From Thalia democratica (lineage: Eukaryota): 64,000 nucleotides of DNA. This document shows, piece after piece, positions 62,831 to 64,000 of this stretch. A program made the position numbers and the translations under genes. Position 1 is the first letter of the stretch. The number at the start of each line of letters is the position of its first letter. The stretch spans positions 99,448,001-99,512,000 of the forward strand of contig OZ241826.1 of assembly GCA_965202585.1 (NCBI GenBank). The letters are read 5' to 3'. Below the pieces are notes generated by a model that saw only the letters and a list, made by a program, of their open reading frames with translations, ran no database searches and was not told the origin of the DNA.

Positions 62831-64000
62831 TTAATATTTTCTAAATTCAATTAAGTATGATTGTTAATTTTTGGAATATAGTCTTTGAACTTTCTTATAA
62901 ACTAAATTCTAGTTTTGACATTGGTTTTTACAGTGATAAAATCAACTATCGATCTCAAAATCATAAAAAAATAACTTTCTTATAAAAGTTGCTAGTGCTA
63001 AACTAATAATGTTTGAATTTATTCTCCAGAATGTGGTGAGCAGGCAACCCGATTTTTTAAAGCATATTTTACGTAATAAAAGTTTAATTTTAATTTGTAT
63101 TTGGTATACAATAGCATTAATATCATATAAAAGTTTTTTTAATGTGATGTCACTACTTTCTTAACTAGTTTAAGGTAAATAATTTATGAACTATTAGATT
63201 TTACATTAAGGCTATTTTGACATATTTTTTTGTAGTAAATTTGAGTTTAAAATATTGACTTTAGTAGTTAAAAAACATTTCTTGTTAAATTTTTTACTGC
63301 AGCTAAAATAAAACCTAGACTGTTTTATAAATTTCCCACCCAGACTGTTGTAGTTTATAATAATTTTATCTTTATTAATGTTTATTAATGCTATAGCATC
63401 CATAAAATAAATAATATTTGTATAAAAGTTTTTAAACATAAAAACTATGTTTATATTTTAAAGAAATTGTTATACAAATTTGAACATGATCTTGCAACTT
63501 TATTAAAAGTTTTTAAATTGACTTTTTTATTTAAAGTTTTACTGATCAAATTTAAATAGTTGGCTATTTGTTGTTTACAGAAAAATATTGTTATTCATTA
63601 CAGACATAAACGGCAGCCAGAATAGCTGAAATTCATATTAATATTTTATCTTGTACTGTCTTCTATTTTTGATTGATGTTTCTAGATTGATGTAGTTCCT
63701 TAGAAGGTATGGCTACAGATTTAATTAAACAAACAAGTTTTTTTAACATTTATTTTGATGTAAAACTAAATTTTATATATAAAGCTTAGTTTTAGTGTAC
63801 TTTTAGTTTTTTTGAATTGGTTTTTACTTAAAGTAATAAAAAATTGCTTCTGTACATATATAATTTTAGATTAATGTGTTTAAGATGCGTATGTTTTTAT
63901 AAAGCATAATGATTTATATAAAGAATATGACGAAATATTTTTAAAACTTATTAATACTGTTTTTCTCATATTTTTCTCAAAATTTTTAACAGTTTCTATA

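Noticed and set aside
43000-64000. Remaining short 60-110 aa ORFs in the track (e.g. 45971, 48498, 51303, 52396, 53585, 63212)
   Set aside because: K/F/L/N/I-rich low-complexity translations expected from AT-rich DNA; no motifs recognised.

Overview
Very AT-rich eukaryotic (animal) genomic DNA, dominated by transposon debris. Composition and repeat types would fit a cnidarian such as Hydra, but that is inference only. Main contents: (1) a 5'-truncated, decayed CR1/L2-group LINE on the minus strand (~6275-11110) whose ORF2 starts with three tandem PHD-type fingers ahead of the APE endonuclease and RT; (2) a 4.6-kb, 57% GC, 44-bp tandem array (22457-27024) with higher-order blocks and a consensus minus strand free of stop codons, which explains the cluster of long ORFs there; (3) the 3' part of a spliced minus-strand gene of unknown identity (7 phase-compatible exons, 33804-39493, including a 13-nt micro-exon); (4) a decayed hAT-like transposon (53389-57939) with a nested Tc1/pogo-type MITE; (5) many MITEs with recognisable TIRs/TSDs, a ~545-bp-arm inverted repeat, two tRNA-like repeats and a 50-bp minisatellite. 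Not visible in the ORF track: four dispersed minimal type I hammerhead-ribozyme motifs (4270-4317, 17572-17613, 46841-46877, degenerate at 60748-60793), each followed closely by AATAAA. All alignments, folds and translations were done by eye and need computational confirmation.
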